A DNA stretch of 64,000 bases. It comes from Xanthobacteraceae bacterium (lineage in GTDB: Bacteria; Pseudomonadota; Alphaproteobacteria; Rhizobiales; Xanthobacteraceae). The stretch is from the NCBI GenBank assembly GCA_019752575.1, contig JAIELW010000013.1, forward strand, positions 82,573 through 146,572, read 5' to 3'. Shown in pieces: positions 12,017 to 20,202 of this stretch (positions within the stretch are counted from its first letter, which is position 1; each line of letters starts with the position of its first letter). A program made the translations under genes and the position numbers. A model generated the notes under the pieces. The model was not told the origin of the DNA and did not search any database. It saw only the letters and a program-made list of their open reading frames with translations.

Positions 12017-12216
12017 ACAAAAAAGAAGGGCCTCCCGAAAGAGAGGCCCTTACGAATTTGGGGTTTGAACCGTACGCGGTCTAGCCAGATGGGCCGGCCC
12101 GAAAAAGCCCGGGGGGCTGGGGGGCTGGGATTGACCGGAACTCCTTCAGAACCGGCCCGGAGGCTACGAGAGGAAATCTCGCCTCCCGCTTTGGCGTCGG
12201 GGGGGCCAGAATGGGG
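12017..12216 (-). ncRNA. candidate orphan small RNA (uncharacterised)
   Basis: The minus strand has TTGGCC (12252-12247), a 17-nt spacer and AATCAT (12229-12224), plus the strong terminator at 12051-12017. There is no ATG on the minus strand in this interval. It contains an internal hairpin GGAGGC...GCCTCC (12159-12186) and C-runs (CCCCCCC, CCCAGCCCCCCAGCCCCCC). I could not assign an Rfam family. Confidence 0.25.
12026..12051. terminator. bidirectional intrinsic terminator hairpin
   Basis: Stem AAGGGCCTC / GAGGCCCTT. On the minus strand it is followed by CTTCTTTTTTG (strong U tract). On the plus strand it is followed by TACGAATTTG (weak). Confidence 0.7.
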
Positions 12217-12328
12217 CGTCTTTATGATTTTTGACCCTCGCGACGAGGCCAAAAAAGCGAGCAGTTCCAGGCGCAAAACCGGGGCTTGCCCGAATTCCGC
12301 GCTGGCGCGATCATGACAAGAACGCGAC

Positions 12329-12727
12329 GTGAATTATGCATTGAACGGATCAGGAGGCGCCGATTTGAGCGATCTCGAGCCGATAGCGTTCCCGGGGCGG
12401 CCTGCAACCCGCAGCCCCGCCCCTGCCTCCAAAGACACTACCTTCGACCGGCGCGAGCTCTTGCGCATCCTCGATCTCTATGGACGCATGGTCGCCGCCG
12501 GCGAATGGCGCGATTACGCGATCGCATTTCTCAAAGATCGTGCCGTGTTTTCGGTGTTCCGGCGCTCCTCCGAACAGCCGCTTTATCGCATCGAGAAAAG
12601 TCCGGCGCTTGCGCGCCGTCAGGGCGCCTATGCGGTGGTCAACTCCACCGGATTCGTACTGAAGCGCGGCCACGATCTTAACCGCGTGCTCGCGGTGATC
12701 GACAAGCGCCTGAGCGTCGTGAACTAG
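12329..12727 (+). CDS. DUF2794 domain-containing protein
   Basis: 132-aa ORF. The FDRRELLRILDLYGRMVAAGEWRDYAI...YRIEK core is typical of the alphaproteobacterial DUF2794 family. Confidence 0.8.
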   Translation: MNYALNGSGGADLSDLEPIAFPGRPATRSPAPASKDTTFDRRELLRILDLYGRMVAAGEWRDYAIAFLKDRAVFSVFRRSSEQPLYRIEKSPALARRQGAYAVVNSTGFVLKRGHDLNRVLAVIDKRLSVVN

Positions 12728-13632
12728 CCTCGCATTTGACGCGCTGTTTCCATCACGAGCTTGCGCAGCCACACCGAGCCGGGATCGGTCTGCGCACGCG
12801 CCGGATAGAACAGGAACTGCTCGTCGGTTCCCGGATCGATGGGCGGATCGATTGCGATAAGCGAGAGCGGCTTCGCGAGCGACGCGATCAGTCTTCGCGG
12901 CACGAAAGCGACGAGATCGTTTCGCGACACGACATGCAGCGCTTCTACATAGCCCGGAACGGTGAGCGCGACATTCCGCTCCAGATTCTTCTCCCGCAGC
13001 CAGAAATCGATGATGTCTTCGCGCTGCGCGCGTCCGACCACGGCGACATGACGCGCGGCGAAGAACACGTCGCGCTTGGTCAGCCGCTTGCCGAGCGGAT
13101 GACCCTTTCGCGCCGCGACGGCATCTGAATCCTTATAGAGCGTGAGCCGGTGAAATCCTTTGAAAGCATCGGGCATGAACGAGCAGATCAGGTCGAGCGA
13201 GCGCGCAAATTCCGTGGTCATGCCGTCCGGACCGCGCCACGGCATGACTTCGATCGCAACGCGCGGCGCCTGCTTAGCAATCTTGTTCATGATCTCGGGC
13301 AGCATCAGCTCTACCACAAGATCTGGAAACAGGAGCCGGAAATGCCGCGCGCATTGCGCGGGGTTGAAACTGTCGCCCGCGAACAGGCTCTGCATCTGAT
13401 CGAGCGCGGATTTCAGCGGCTCGCGCAGCGCTTCCGCGCGCGGCGTCAGTTCCATCCGCAACCCGTTCCGCACGAGGATCGGATCGTTCAGCGCCTCGCG
13501 CAAACGGCGCAGCGCATGGCTCGCCGCCGGCTGCGAGAGACTAAGCCGCAGCGCCGCGCGGCCGACATTGGCTTCGCGCAGGAAGGCGTCCAGCGCCTTC
13601 AAAAGGTTCAGGTCGAGGGCATGTAAATCCAT
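12724..13632 (-). CDS. LysR family transcriptional regulator
   Basis: 302-aa ORF with the N-terminal wHTH LDLNLLKALDAFLREANVGRAALRLSLSQPAASHALRRLRE and a C-terminal substrate-binding domain. Confidence 0.93.
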   Translation of the reverse strand: MDLHALDLNLLKALDAFLREANVGRAALRLSLSQPAASHALRRLREALNDPILVRNGLRMELTPRAEALREPLKSALDQMQSLFAGDSFNPAQCARHFRLLFPDLVVELMLPEIMNKIAKQAPRVAIEVMPWRGPDGMTTEFARSLDLICSFMPDAFKGFHRLTLYKDSDAVAARKGHPLGKRLTKRDVFFAARHVAVVGRAQREDIIDFWLREKNLERNVALTVPGYVEALHVVSRNDLVAFVPRRLIASLAKPLSLIAIDPPIDPGTDEQFLFYPARAQTDPGSVWLRKLVMETARQMRG

Positions 13633-13635
13633 TCA

Positions 13636-13680
13636 ATGAATATAGTTCATAAAGACAATCGATTGGAAGAATAGCTATTC
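13636..13680. promoter_or_regulatory. candidate LysR-type operator region (T-N11-A dyad plus a second perfect palindrome)
   Basis: ATGAA-TATAG-TTCAT (13636-13650) contains T-N11-A (13637-13649). GAATAGCTATTC (13669-13680) is a perfect 12-bp palindrome. Both lie in the 86-nt lysR/SnoaL divergent spacer. Confidence 0.5.
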
Positions 13681-13718
13681 CCGCGCTATCTGGATGCCAC
13701 GCAAGCAAGGGAACGGCC

Positions 13719-14138
13719 ATGAACGCCGCGGCAAGAAACCGGGAAATATTGGAAACCGCATTCGCCGAAGCCGCGCGCGGCAACGGAGCAGCGTTTCGCG
13801 ACGCAATGGCCGACGACATCCGCTGGACGGTGCCCGGCACGATGCGCTGCTCGAAAACCTACGAAGGCAAGGAGAATGTCCTGGTAGGGCTTTTTCGCCC
13901 GGTAATGGCGCAGCTCGACGCGAACTTTTCATACCGCGCGACACGCTTCGTCGCCGAAGACGACATCGTCGTCGTGCAACTCGAAGGCCGCAATACGACG
14001 ACTTCCGGCAAGCCTTACAACAATTCCTATTGCTACGTCTGCCGGATGGAAGACGGAAAACTGAAAGACGTCGTGGAATATCTCGATACCAAGCTTTTTT
14101 CGGAGTTGATCGAGCCGGGCGCCTTTCCTGCGAAGTGA
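13719..14138 (+). CDS. SnoaL-like / NTF2-fold (ketosteroid-isomerase-like) protein
   Basis: 139-aa ORF, clearly paralogous to the next gene (shared ...W...TYEG.N.V...GKPYNN.YC......GK.K...EYLDT). Confidence 0.8.
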   Translation: MNAAARNREILETAFAEAARGNGAAFRDAMADDIRWTVPGTMRCSKTYEGKENVLVGLFRPVMAQLDANFSYRATRFVAEDDIVVVQLEGRNTTTSGKPYNNSYCYVCRMEDGKLKDVVEYLDTKLFSELIEPGAFPAK

Positions 14139-14152
14139 AGGAGAGATGGAAA

Positions 14153-14575
14153 ATGAGCGCAGCCGCCAATAAAGAATTGATGCAGGAAATCTATGACGAG
14201 CTTGCCAAGGGCAACCGCATGCCCTTCAGGAACGCCATGGCGGAAGACTTCCGCTGGATCATGAAGGGTAAAACCGCTTGGTCGCGCACCTATGAAGGCC
14301 GCAACGCCGTGCGTATCGAACTACTGCAGCCTTTGTTCGAGCAATTCGGCAGCGATTACAAGAACACCCCGCTTCGCATCTTCGCCGACGGCGACCATGT
14401 GATCGTGGAGTGCGAGGGCCGCGTCACGACGAAATCCGGGAAGCCCTACAATAACCAGTACTGCCTGATCTTCCGGATCGAGAACGGCAAGATCAAAGAG
14501 ATGACGGAGTATCTCGACACCGCGCTGGTGAACGAAACGCTCGCGCCGCCGCCGTGGTTCACGAAAGCGGCGTAA
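14153..14575 (+). CDS. SnoaL-like / NTF2-fold protein (tandem paralog)
   Basis: 140-aa C-terminal part of tracked ORF 13694-14575, starting at ATG 14153 (MSAAANKELMQEIYDELAKGN) with GGAGAG upstream. The 5' part of the tracked ORF overlaps the previous gene out of frame. Confidence 0.8.
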   Translation: MSAAANKELMQEIYDELAKGNRMPFRNAMAEDFRWIMKGKTAWSRTYEGRNAVRIELLQPLFEQFGSDYKNTPLRIFADGDHVIVECEGRVTTKSGKPYNNQYCLIFRIENGKIKEMTEYLDTALVNETLAPPPWFTKAA

Positions 14576-14592
14576 CGAGGCCCGAAAAGCAA

Positions 14593-14617
14593 AAGGCCCG
14601 GCGGTGAGCCGGGCCTT
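14593..14617. terminator. bidirectional intrinsic terminator between convergent genes
   Basis: Perfect 10-bp stem AAGGCCCGGC / GCCGGGCCTT with loop GGTGA. An A-tract on one side and a T-rich stretch on the other give U-tracts on both strands. Confidence 0.7.
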
Positions 14618-14643
14618 CGCATTTCTGGCTGATGTCTTTGCGC

Positions 14644-15414
14644 TTATTCGCGGTTGCCGAAGAGATTGAGCAGCATCAGGAACAGATTGAGGAAGTCGAG
14701 ATAGAGGCGCAGCGCGCCCATGATCGACTTGCGTCCGGTTGCCGTGCCGTCGTCGTTCGCGTCGTACATTTCCTTGATCTGCTGCGTGTCGTAGGCGGTA
14801 AGGCCCGCGAACACGAGCACGCCGACGCAGGAGATGATCCATTGCAGCATCGACGACGCAAGCCAGATGTTGACGAGCGACGCGAGGATGATGCCGATCA
14901 GGCCGATGAAGAGGAACGAACCCCAGCCAGACAGATCGCGCTGCGTGGTGTAGCCCCAGAGGCTGAGCGCACCGAACGACGCCGCGGTGATGAAGAACAC
15001 CCGGGCGATCGAAGTGTGCGTATAGACCATCAGGAGGATGGCGAGCGAAACGCCGACCAGCGCCGCGTAGATCCAGAACGTGAGCTGGGCGGCGCCGACG
15101 CTCATCTTGTCGACGCGGAAGCTCAGGAAGAACACGAGCGCGAGCGGCGCGAGGATGACGACCCACTTCAGCGGGCTTACGAACAGCGTGTAACCGAGCT
15201 GCGTGAGGTAGAGACCGCCGCGAAGCGCATAAGGCGTCGGCACGCTCGAAATCGAGAGCATGTAGATGCCGAGCGCGAACAGGCCGGTGATGGCCAGTCC
15301 GATCGCCATGTAGTTGTAGACCCCCAGCATATAGGAGCGGAGGCCCTGATCGATCTCCGCCTGGCTGCGCGAAATTGCGCCGCCATAGCGGGTGTTTGTG
15401 TTCAGGTCGGACAT
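14644..15414 (-). CDS. Bax inhibitor-1/YccA (YbhL-like) family membrane protein
   Basis: 256-aa seven-TM ORF with the N-terminus ...IDQGLRSYMLGVYNYMAIGLAITG typical of the BI-1 family. Confidence 0.92.
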   Translation of the reverse strand: MSDLNTNTRYGGAISRSQAEIDQGLRSYMLGVYNYMAIGLAITGLFALGIYMLSISSVPTPYALRGGLYLTQLGYTLFVSPLKWVVILAPLALVFFLSFRVDKMSVGAAQLTFWIYAALVGVSLAILLMVYTHTSIARVFFITAASFGALSLWGYTTQRDLSGWGSFLFIGLIGIILASLVNIWLASSMLQWIISCVGVLVFAGLTAYDTQQIKEMYDANDDGTATGRKSIMGALRLYLDFLNLFLMLLNLFGNRE

Positions 15415-15490
15415 CGTGGTCCCTTTCTCCCTAGTGGCAGGACATCTAACGCCGTAAAGAACGTGAAGTTTCCGGCGCTTGCCCTGAATC
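15415..15490 (-). promoter_or_regulatory. candidate structured 5' leader (ybhL-motif-like) of the BI-1 family gene
   Basis: The minus strand folds as CAGGGCA-AG-CGCCG-[18-nt loop]-CGGCG-UUAGA-UGUCCUG (15486-15438), directly upstream of the GGGAGAAAGGGA SD. A ybhL leader RNA motif is described upstream of this gene family in alphaproteobacteria. The match to that model is not verified. Confidence 0.3.
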
Positions 15491-15582
15491 CGCGACGAAT
15501 ATGGTGCGCGGAGAATCCCCCCGCAAGTGAATTTGCGTCAAGGTTCCGTGACGGTTTGAAGCGCTTGAAATTGCTGCAAATT

Positions 15583-18150
15583 TTAGAGATTGCGCAGGAC
15601 CGGGGCCGGTTTCTGCCCAAGCGCCCGCCAGGTGCCGATCAGTCCCAGGCCTATTGTCAGAACTACAGCCGTAAGGGCCGCAATACCGGCGGCCGCCGGC
15701 TCGAAGCGGAAGCGGAAGTTCATCACATTCTCCACCACGAACCACGCCGCGACCGCCCCTGCCGCGGTCGCGAAGATCGCGGTCGCAAGCCCGAGGATCG
15801 CGTATTCCGCACCATAGGCCAGCAGGAGCCGCGAGCGCGTGGCGCCCAGCGTCTTCAGGATCACCGCGTCATAGACGCGGTTGTGATGCCCGGCCGCGAG
15901 CGCGCCAGCGAGCACGAGGATGCTTGCGATCAGCGTCACCGAGCTTGCGCCGCGCACGGCGACCGCGATGTCTGCCACGAGCGAGTTGATGGCCTCGAGC
16001 GCCTCTTTTACGCGCACCGTCGTGATCGCCGGAAATTCTCCGGCGACTGCGCGCTGCAAATCGATCTCGGCTTTCTGGTTACCGCCGCCGGGATAGGTGA
16101 GTGTCGCCAGAATCGTATGCGGCGCGCCGCGGAAAGTGTTCGGCGAAAACAGCATCACGAAATTGATGCCGAGGCTTTCCCATTCGACCGTGCGCAGGTT
16201 CGCGATCTGGGCTTCGATGGTGCGGCCCAAGACGTTCACCGAAACCTTGTCGCCGACTTTTAAGCCGAGCCCGTCCGCCGCGCGCTTCTCGAACGAGACG
16301 AGCGGCGGGCCGGAATAATCCTTCGGCCACCATTCGCCGGAAACGAGGGTCGAGCCTTCCGGGAACGTATCGGTGAAGGTGATGCCGCGATCCGATTGCA
16401 ATACCCACGCTTGCTCGGGATCGACCTTCACCTGATCGGCGGGCGTATCCTTCACGCGCAGGATTCTTCCGCGCAGCATCGGCACTTCGGAAAGTTCGGC
16501 GTTGCCGCCGTTCTGCTTGATGAAGGCGTTGAAGCGCTCGACATCGTTGTTCGGGATATCGACGAAAAAGAAACTCGGCGCGCTTTTCGGAAGCGACTGC
16601 GTCAATTGCCGGCGCAGGTTTCCGTCGATCAAGGTGAGTGTGACGAGAAGCGCGAGGCCTAGGCCGAGCGAAAGCACGACGGATGGCGTCAACGCGCCGG
16701 GGCGATGGATGTTCGAGATTGCAAGCCGGAGCGCGGTCGAGCGCGGCCGCGGCAGCTTGGCCGCAATCGCCATCAGCCCCCAAGCGAGGATTCGCAGGAC
16801 GAGAAAAATCGCGGCGGCGGCAACGATATAGATCAGCGCGATACGCCGGCTTTCTGCGACGAACAACGCAAGCGTCGCAAGCGAGACGACTGCAAGCACG
16901 ACCATCAAGACATAGCGCCGGCGCGGCAGCCGGTTGCTTTGCTCGACCGCGTCGCGGAAGAGCGCCGACACCGGCACGTCATGCGCGCGGCCGAGCGGCC
17001 ATAAGGCGAAAGCGAGTGCCACCAGAATTCCGAACGCGGTTGCAAGCGCGATCACGCTGAAATGGATTCCCGGCGCGAGCGGCAGCGGAATGAGCTTCCC
17101 GAATAGCGACGTAATCGCGAAAGGCAGCGCGGTTCCTGCGACCACGCCGATTGCAATGCCGACGATGGCGATGACACCGATCTCGGCGAGATAGATCGAG
17201 AACACCGTGCCGCCCGAAGCGCCGACCGCTTTCAGCGTCGCGATGTCCGCGCGCTTGCGCTCGAGATAATGCATGACGGCGTTGGCGACCCCGACACCGC
17301 CGACCAGGAGCGCCGTGAGCCCTACGAGCGTCAGGAATTCCGCGAGCCTTCGCACGTTGCGCTCTAACTGCGGCGAAGCGCTGGAACGCGTGCGGATTTC
17401 CCAACCGGCGTTTGGAAACAGATCGCGCGCCTGCACCTGCGTCGCGTCGAGCGAAGCATCGCTGCCGTCATTGAGTTTCACACGATAGCCCCAGCGGACG
17501 AGGCTGCCAGGCTGAATCAATCCGGCCGCCTGCAAGGCTTCCTGCGAAACGATGAGCCGCGGGCCGAAGCCGACGCCGGTCGCGACCCGGTCGGGTTCGC
17601 TCACAATGGCAGCGGTAATCACGAAGGTCGCGTCGCCAATCTTCACTTCGGTGCCGGGCGTAATGCTCAGGCGCAAAAGCAGCGTCGATTCTGCGACCGC
17701 ACCGTAGCGGTTGCCGACTTTCTGCAAAGCGCGTGCGAGCGGAACGTTCGGCTCGGTCTGGATTCTGCCGGTCAGCGGATAGGCGCTGTCGACGGCTTTC
17801 AGTTCGACGAGCGTCGCGGCGCCGTTCGCCGCGCGCGTCATCGCGCGCAGGCTTGCGATTTCCGAGACCGCGCCCTTGGCCTTGAAGAAATCCATCTCCG
17901 CCGGATTGGCCTGCCGATGGATCAGATAGAACGCGAGATCGCCGCCGAGAATTCTGCCGCCTTCGCGCAGCATGCCGTCGGAGAGCGCACGGGCGAATGA
18001 GCCGACGCCGGCGATTGCCGTGACACCGATCGCAAGGCACGCGAGAAACACACCGAAGCCGCGCACGCCGCCGCGCAATTCCCGAAGCGCGATCCGCAGC
18101 GAGGTGCCCATACGCGAAAGAGAAGAGCCGTTCGTGGTGACCGCGCTCAT
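15583..18150 (-). CDS. ABC transporter permease, FtsX-like fold, YbbP-like (two permease repeats)
   Basis: 855 aa from ATG 18150 (MSAVTTNGSS...). ATGA overlap with the upstream ATPase stop. Many TM segments with two FtsX-type modules. Confidence 0.88.
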   Translation of the reverse strand: MSAVTTNGSSLSRMGTSLRIALRELRGGVRGFGVFLACLAIGVTAIAGVGSFARALSDGMLREGGRILGGDLAFYLIHRQANPAEMDFFKAKGAVSEIASLRAMTRAANGAATLVELKAVDSAYPLTGRIQTEPNVPLARALQKVGNRYGAVAESTLLLRLSITPGTEVKIGDATFVITAAIVSEPDRVATGVGFGPRLIVSQEALQAAGLIQPGSLVRWGYRVKLNDGSDASLDATQVQARDLFPNAGWEIRTRSSASPQLERNVRRLAEFLTLVGLTALLVGGVGVANAVMHYLERKRADIATLKAVGASGGTVFSIYLAEIGVIAIVGIAIGVVAGTALPFAITSLFGKLIPLPLAPGIHFSVIALATAFGILVALAFALWPLGRAHDVPVSALFRDAVEQSNRLPRRRYVLMVVLAVVSLATLALFVAESRRIALIYIVAAAAIFLVLRILAWGLMAIAAKLPRPRSTALRLAISNIHRPGALTPSVVLSLGLGLALLVTLTLIDGNLRRQLTQSLPKSAPSFFFVDIPNNDVERFNAFIKQNGGNAELSEVPMLRGRILRVKDTPADQVKVDPEQAWVLQSDRGITFTDTFPEGSTLVSGEWWPKDYSGPPLVSFEKRAADGLGLKVGDKVSVNVLGRTIEAQIANLRTVEWESLGINFVMLFSPNTFRGAPHTILATLTYPGGGNQKAEIDLQRAVAGEFPAITTVRVKEALEAINSLVADIAVAVRGASSVTLIASILVLAGALAAGHHNRVYDAVILKTLGATRSRLLLAYGAEYAILGLATAIFATAAGAVAAWFVVENVMNFRFRFEPAAAGIAALTAVVLTIGLGLIGTWRALGQKPAPVLRNL

Positions 18151-18866
18151 GCGCGCGTCTTCGGCGCTTCGGCCTGCGCTTCGCCCGAACGCATGCGGAT
18201 CAGCCGGTCGCAACGGTTGCCGAGATTGAGATCGTGCGTGACGATGACAAGCGTCGCATTCTTCTCCGCCTGCTTCGAGAACAGGAGATCCATGATCTCA
18301 CGCCCGGTCTTCTCGTCGAGATTGCCGGTGGGCTCGTCCGCGAAAATGATCGAAGGCTCGGGTGCCAGCGCACGCGCAAGCGCCACGCGCTGCTGCTCGC
18401 CGCCGGAAAGCTGTGCCGGATAATGGTGGATCCGGGCGCCGAGACCGACCCCTTCGAGTTCGCGCTTCGCGCGTTCGAAAGCGTCCGCGCGGCCGGAAAG
18501 TTCGAGCGGGATCGCGACGTTCTCGATCGCGGTCATGGTCGGAATCAGATGAAATGACTGGAACACGATGCCAACGGCATTGCCGCGGAATTTCGCGAGC
18601 TGGTCTTCGCTCAACTTTGAAAGCTCCTGTCCGGCGATGACGACCGAGCCCGCATCCGCGCGCTCCAGACCCGCCATCACCATCAAGAGCGTAGACTTGC
18701 CGGAGCCGGACGGACCGACCAGGCCGACCGCCTCACCTTGGCCAATTTGGAGCGACACTTTCTTCAGGATATGTACGCGCGCAGCGCCCGAGCCGAGCTT
18801 GAGATCGACATCGGCGAGCCGAATTGCGGGCTGCTCGCTTCCCGGTATCGGCGTGGAGATGTTCAT
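18147..18866 (-). CDS. ABC transporter ATP-binding protein (YbbA-like)
   Basis: Walker A GPSGSGKSTLL, signature LSGGEQQRVALARA, Walker B IIFADEPTGNLD. The ATG at 18866 (MNISTPIPG...) is preferred. The alternative ATG at 18902 is not excluded. Confidence 0.9.
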   Translation of the reverse strand: MNISTPIPGSEQPAIRLADVDLKLGSGAARVHILKKVSLQIGQGEAVGLVGPSGSGKSTLLMVMAGLERADAGSVVIAGQELSKLSEDQLAKFRGNAVGIVFQSFHLIPTMTAIENVAIPLELSGRADAFERAKRELEGVGLGARIHHYPAQLSGGEQQRVALARALAPEPSIIFADEPTGNLDEKTGREIMDLLFSKQAEKNATLVIVTHDLNLGNRCDRLIRMRSGEAQAEAPKTRA

Positions 18867-19584
18867 GCGTTTTAGTTTTCTCCGGCGCGGCTTTCGCACC
18901 ATCCGTTCTGCCACAGATAGTCGCGGCCCCGGAAAGCGCCAAGCTCTGCGTCTCTATGGCGCAATCATTGTGGCTTTCTTGGTAGTGGGCATTGAAGCTC
19001 CGGCAAGCGCCCAGCAGCCGGTCAAAATCGTGGCTTTCGGCGACAGCCTGCTCGCCGGCTTCGGCCTCAAGGCCAACGAATCCTTTCCGGCGCAACTCGA
19101 AAACGAGCTGAAAAAGCGCGGTCACATTGTCGAAATCGCCAATGCCGGCGTCTCCGGCGATACCACAACGGGCGGGCTGTCACGCCTCGACTGGTCAATC
19201 CAGGACGGCACCGAGGCCGTAATTTTAGTGCTTGGCGCAAACGATATGCTCCGGGGCATGGAGCCGGAGCTTGCCAGGAAGAATCTCGACGAGATGATCA
19301 AGCGGCTCAAGGTCCGCAAAATCGAAGTCCTGATCGGCGGCATGCGCGCCGCGCCCAACCTCGGGGCCGACTACGCCAGGAAATTCGATTCGATTTACGC
19401 GGACCTAGCGAAAGAACATGACATCCTGATTTACCCCTTCTTTCTGGACGGGGTCGCGGGCCAGCGCGAACTCAACATGAATGACGGAATTCATCCCACC
19501 CCGAAGGGTGTATCTCTCGTCGTTGAGCGTATACTGCCATCGGTCGAATCGCTGATCGAGCGAGTCAAAAAACGCCGCGGGTAA
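18865..19584 (+). CDS. SGNH/GDSL arylesterase-lysophospholipase (TesA-like)
   Basis: GDSL block VAFGDSLLAG with a signal-like segment LYGAIIVAFLVVGIEAPASA. Divergent from ybbA-ybbP-like genes, as for tesA in E. coli. The start is uncertain (ATG 18859/18865 or a downstream non-ATG). Confidence 0.85.
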   Translation: MRFSFLRRGFRTIRSATDSRGPGKRQALRLYGAIIVAFLVVGIEAPASAQQPVKIVAFGDSLLAGFGLKANESFPAQLENELKKRGHIVEIANAGVSGDTTTGGLSRLDWSIQDGTEAVILVLGANDMLRGMEPELARKNLDEMIKRLKVRKIEVLIGGMRAAPNLGADYARKFDSIYADLAKEHDILIYPFFLDGVAGQRELNMNDGIHPTPKGVSLVVERILPSVESLIERVKKRRG

Positions 19585-19589
19585 TTGTC

Positions 19590-20162
19590 ATGCCGCGCCT
19601 TTTTACTGCGATCGAAGTGCCGAAAGAGATCGGCATGATGCTGTCGGCTTTGCGCGGCGGAGTACACGGCGCGCGCTGGATCAGCCCCGAGAACTACCAC
19701 CTCACTTTGCGTTTCATCGGCGACATTGACGAGCGCACCGCGAACGAAGTCGCGGGCATTCTCGATTTCGTCGAGCGGCCGTCCTTCAACGTGACGCTCA
19801 CCGGGCTCGACCAGTTCGGCGGCAAGAAGCCGCGCGCGATCTTCGCCGCGGTGCAGCCTTCACCGGCGCTGATCGAGTTGCAGGCAGAGCACGAGCGCAT
19901 GATGCAGCGGATCGGCCTGCCGCCGGAAGGCCGCCGCTTCACGCCGCATGTAACCTTGGCGAGACTCCGCGACGCTTCCGTGATCGATGTCGCAGATTAT
20001 CTCGCGACGCGCGGCGGCTTCCGTCCGATGAGCTTTCCGGTGCCGCGTTTCGTGCTTTATTCCTCGCGCGCCTCGCAGGGCGGCGGCCCTTACATCGTCG
20101 AAGCCGGCTATCCGCTGCGCGGCCGCGCCGGACTTGAATCCCGCTACGCCAGCGCCATCTAA
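19590..20162 (+). CDS. thpR: RNA 2',3'-cyclic phosphodiesterase (2H family, ThpR/LigT)
   Basis: 190-aa ORF with two HxT motifs (HLTLRF and HVTLAR). Confidence 0.9.
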   Translation: MPRLFTAIEVPKEIGMMLSALRGGVHGARWISPENYHLTLRFIGDIDERTANEVAGILDFVERPSFNVTLTGLDQFGGKKPRAIFAAVQPSPALIELQAEHERMMQRIGLPPEGRRFTPHVTLARLRDASVIDVADYLATRGGFRPMSFPVPRFVLYSSRASQGGGPYIVEAGYPLRGRAGLESRYASAI

Positions 20163-20202
20163 TTGGCTTCCAGGCGGATGTTCCGCCGGTTCGGGGCAAG
20201 CG

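Noticed and set aside
12109-12129. Short tandem GGGGGCTG GGGGGCTG repeat, checked as a possible array seed. The whole window was also scanned for CRISPR-like spaced repeats.
   Set aside because: There are only two adjacent copies with no spacers, and no CRISPR-like periodic repeats anywhere in the window.
13694-14575. 293-aa tracked ORF suggesting one long gene across both SnoaL loci. Similar 5'-extended tracked ORFs occur at 50478-52979 (rsmB), 18568-19584 (esterase), 43042-44226 (tsaD), 44127-45203 (gpsA) and 4781-5554 (yciB).
   Set aside because: The 5' extensions overlap upstream genes in another frame and lack homology-type sequence. Internal ATG/GTG starts with SD or ATGA coupling give canonical N-termini.
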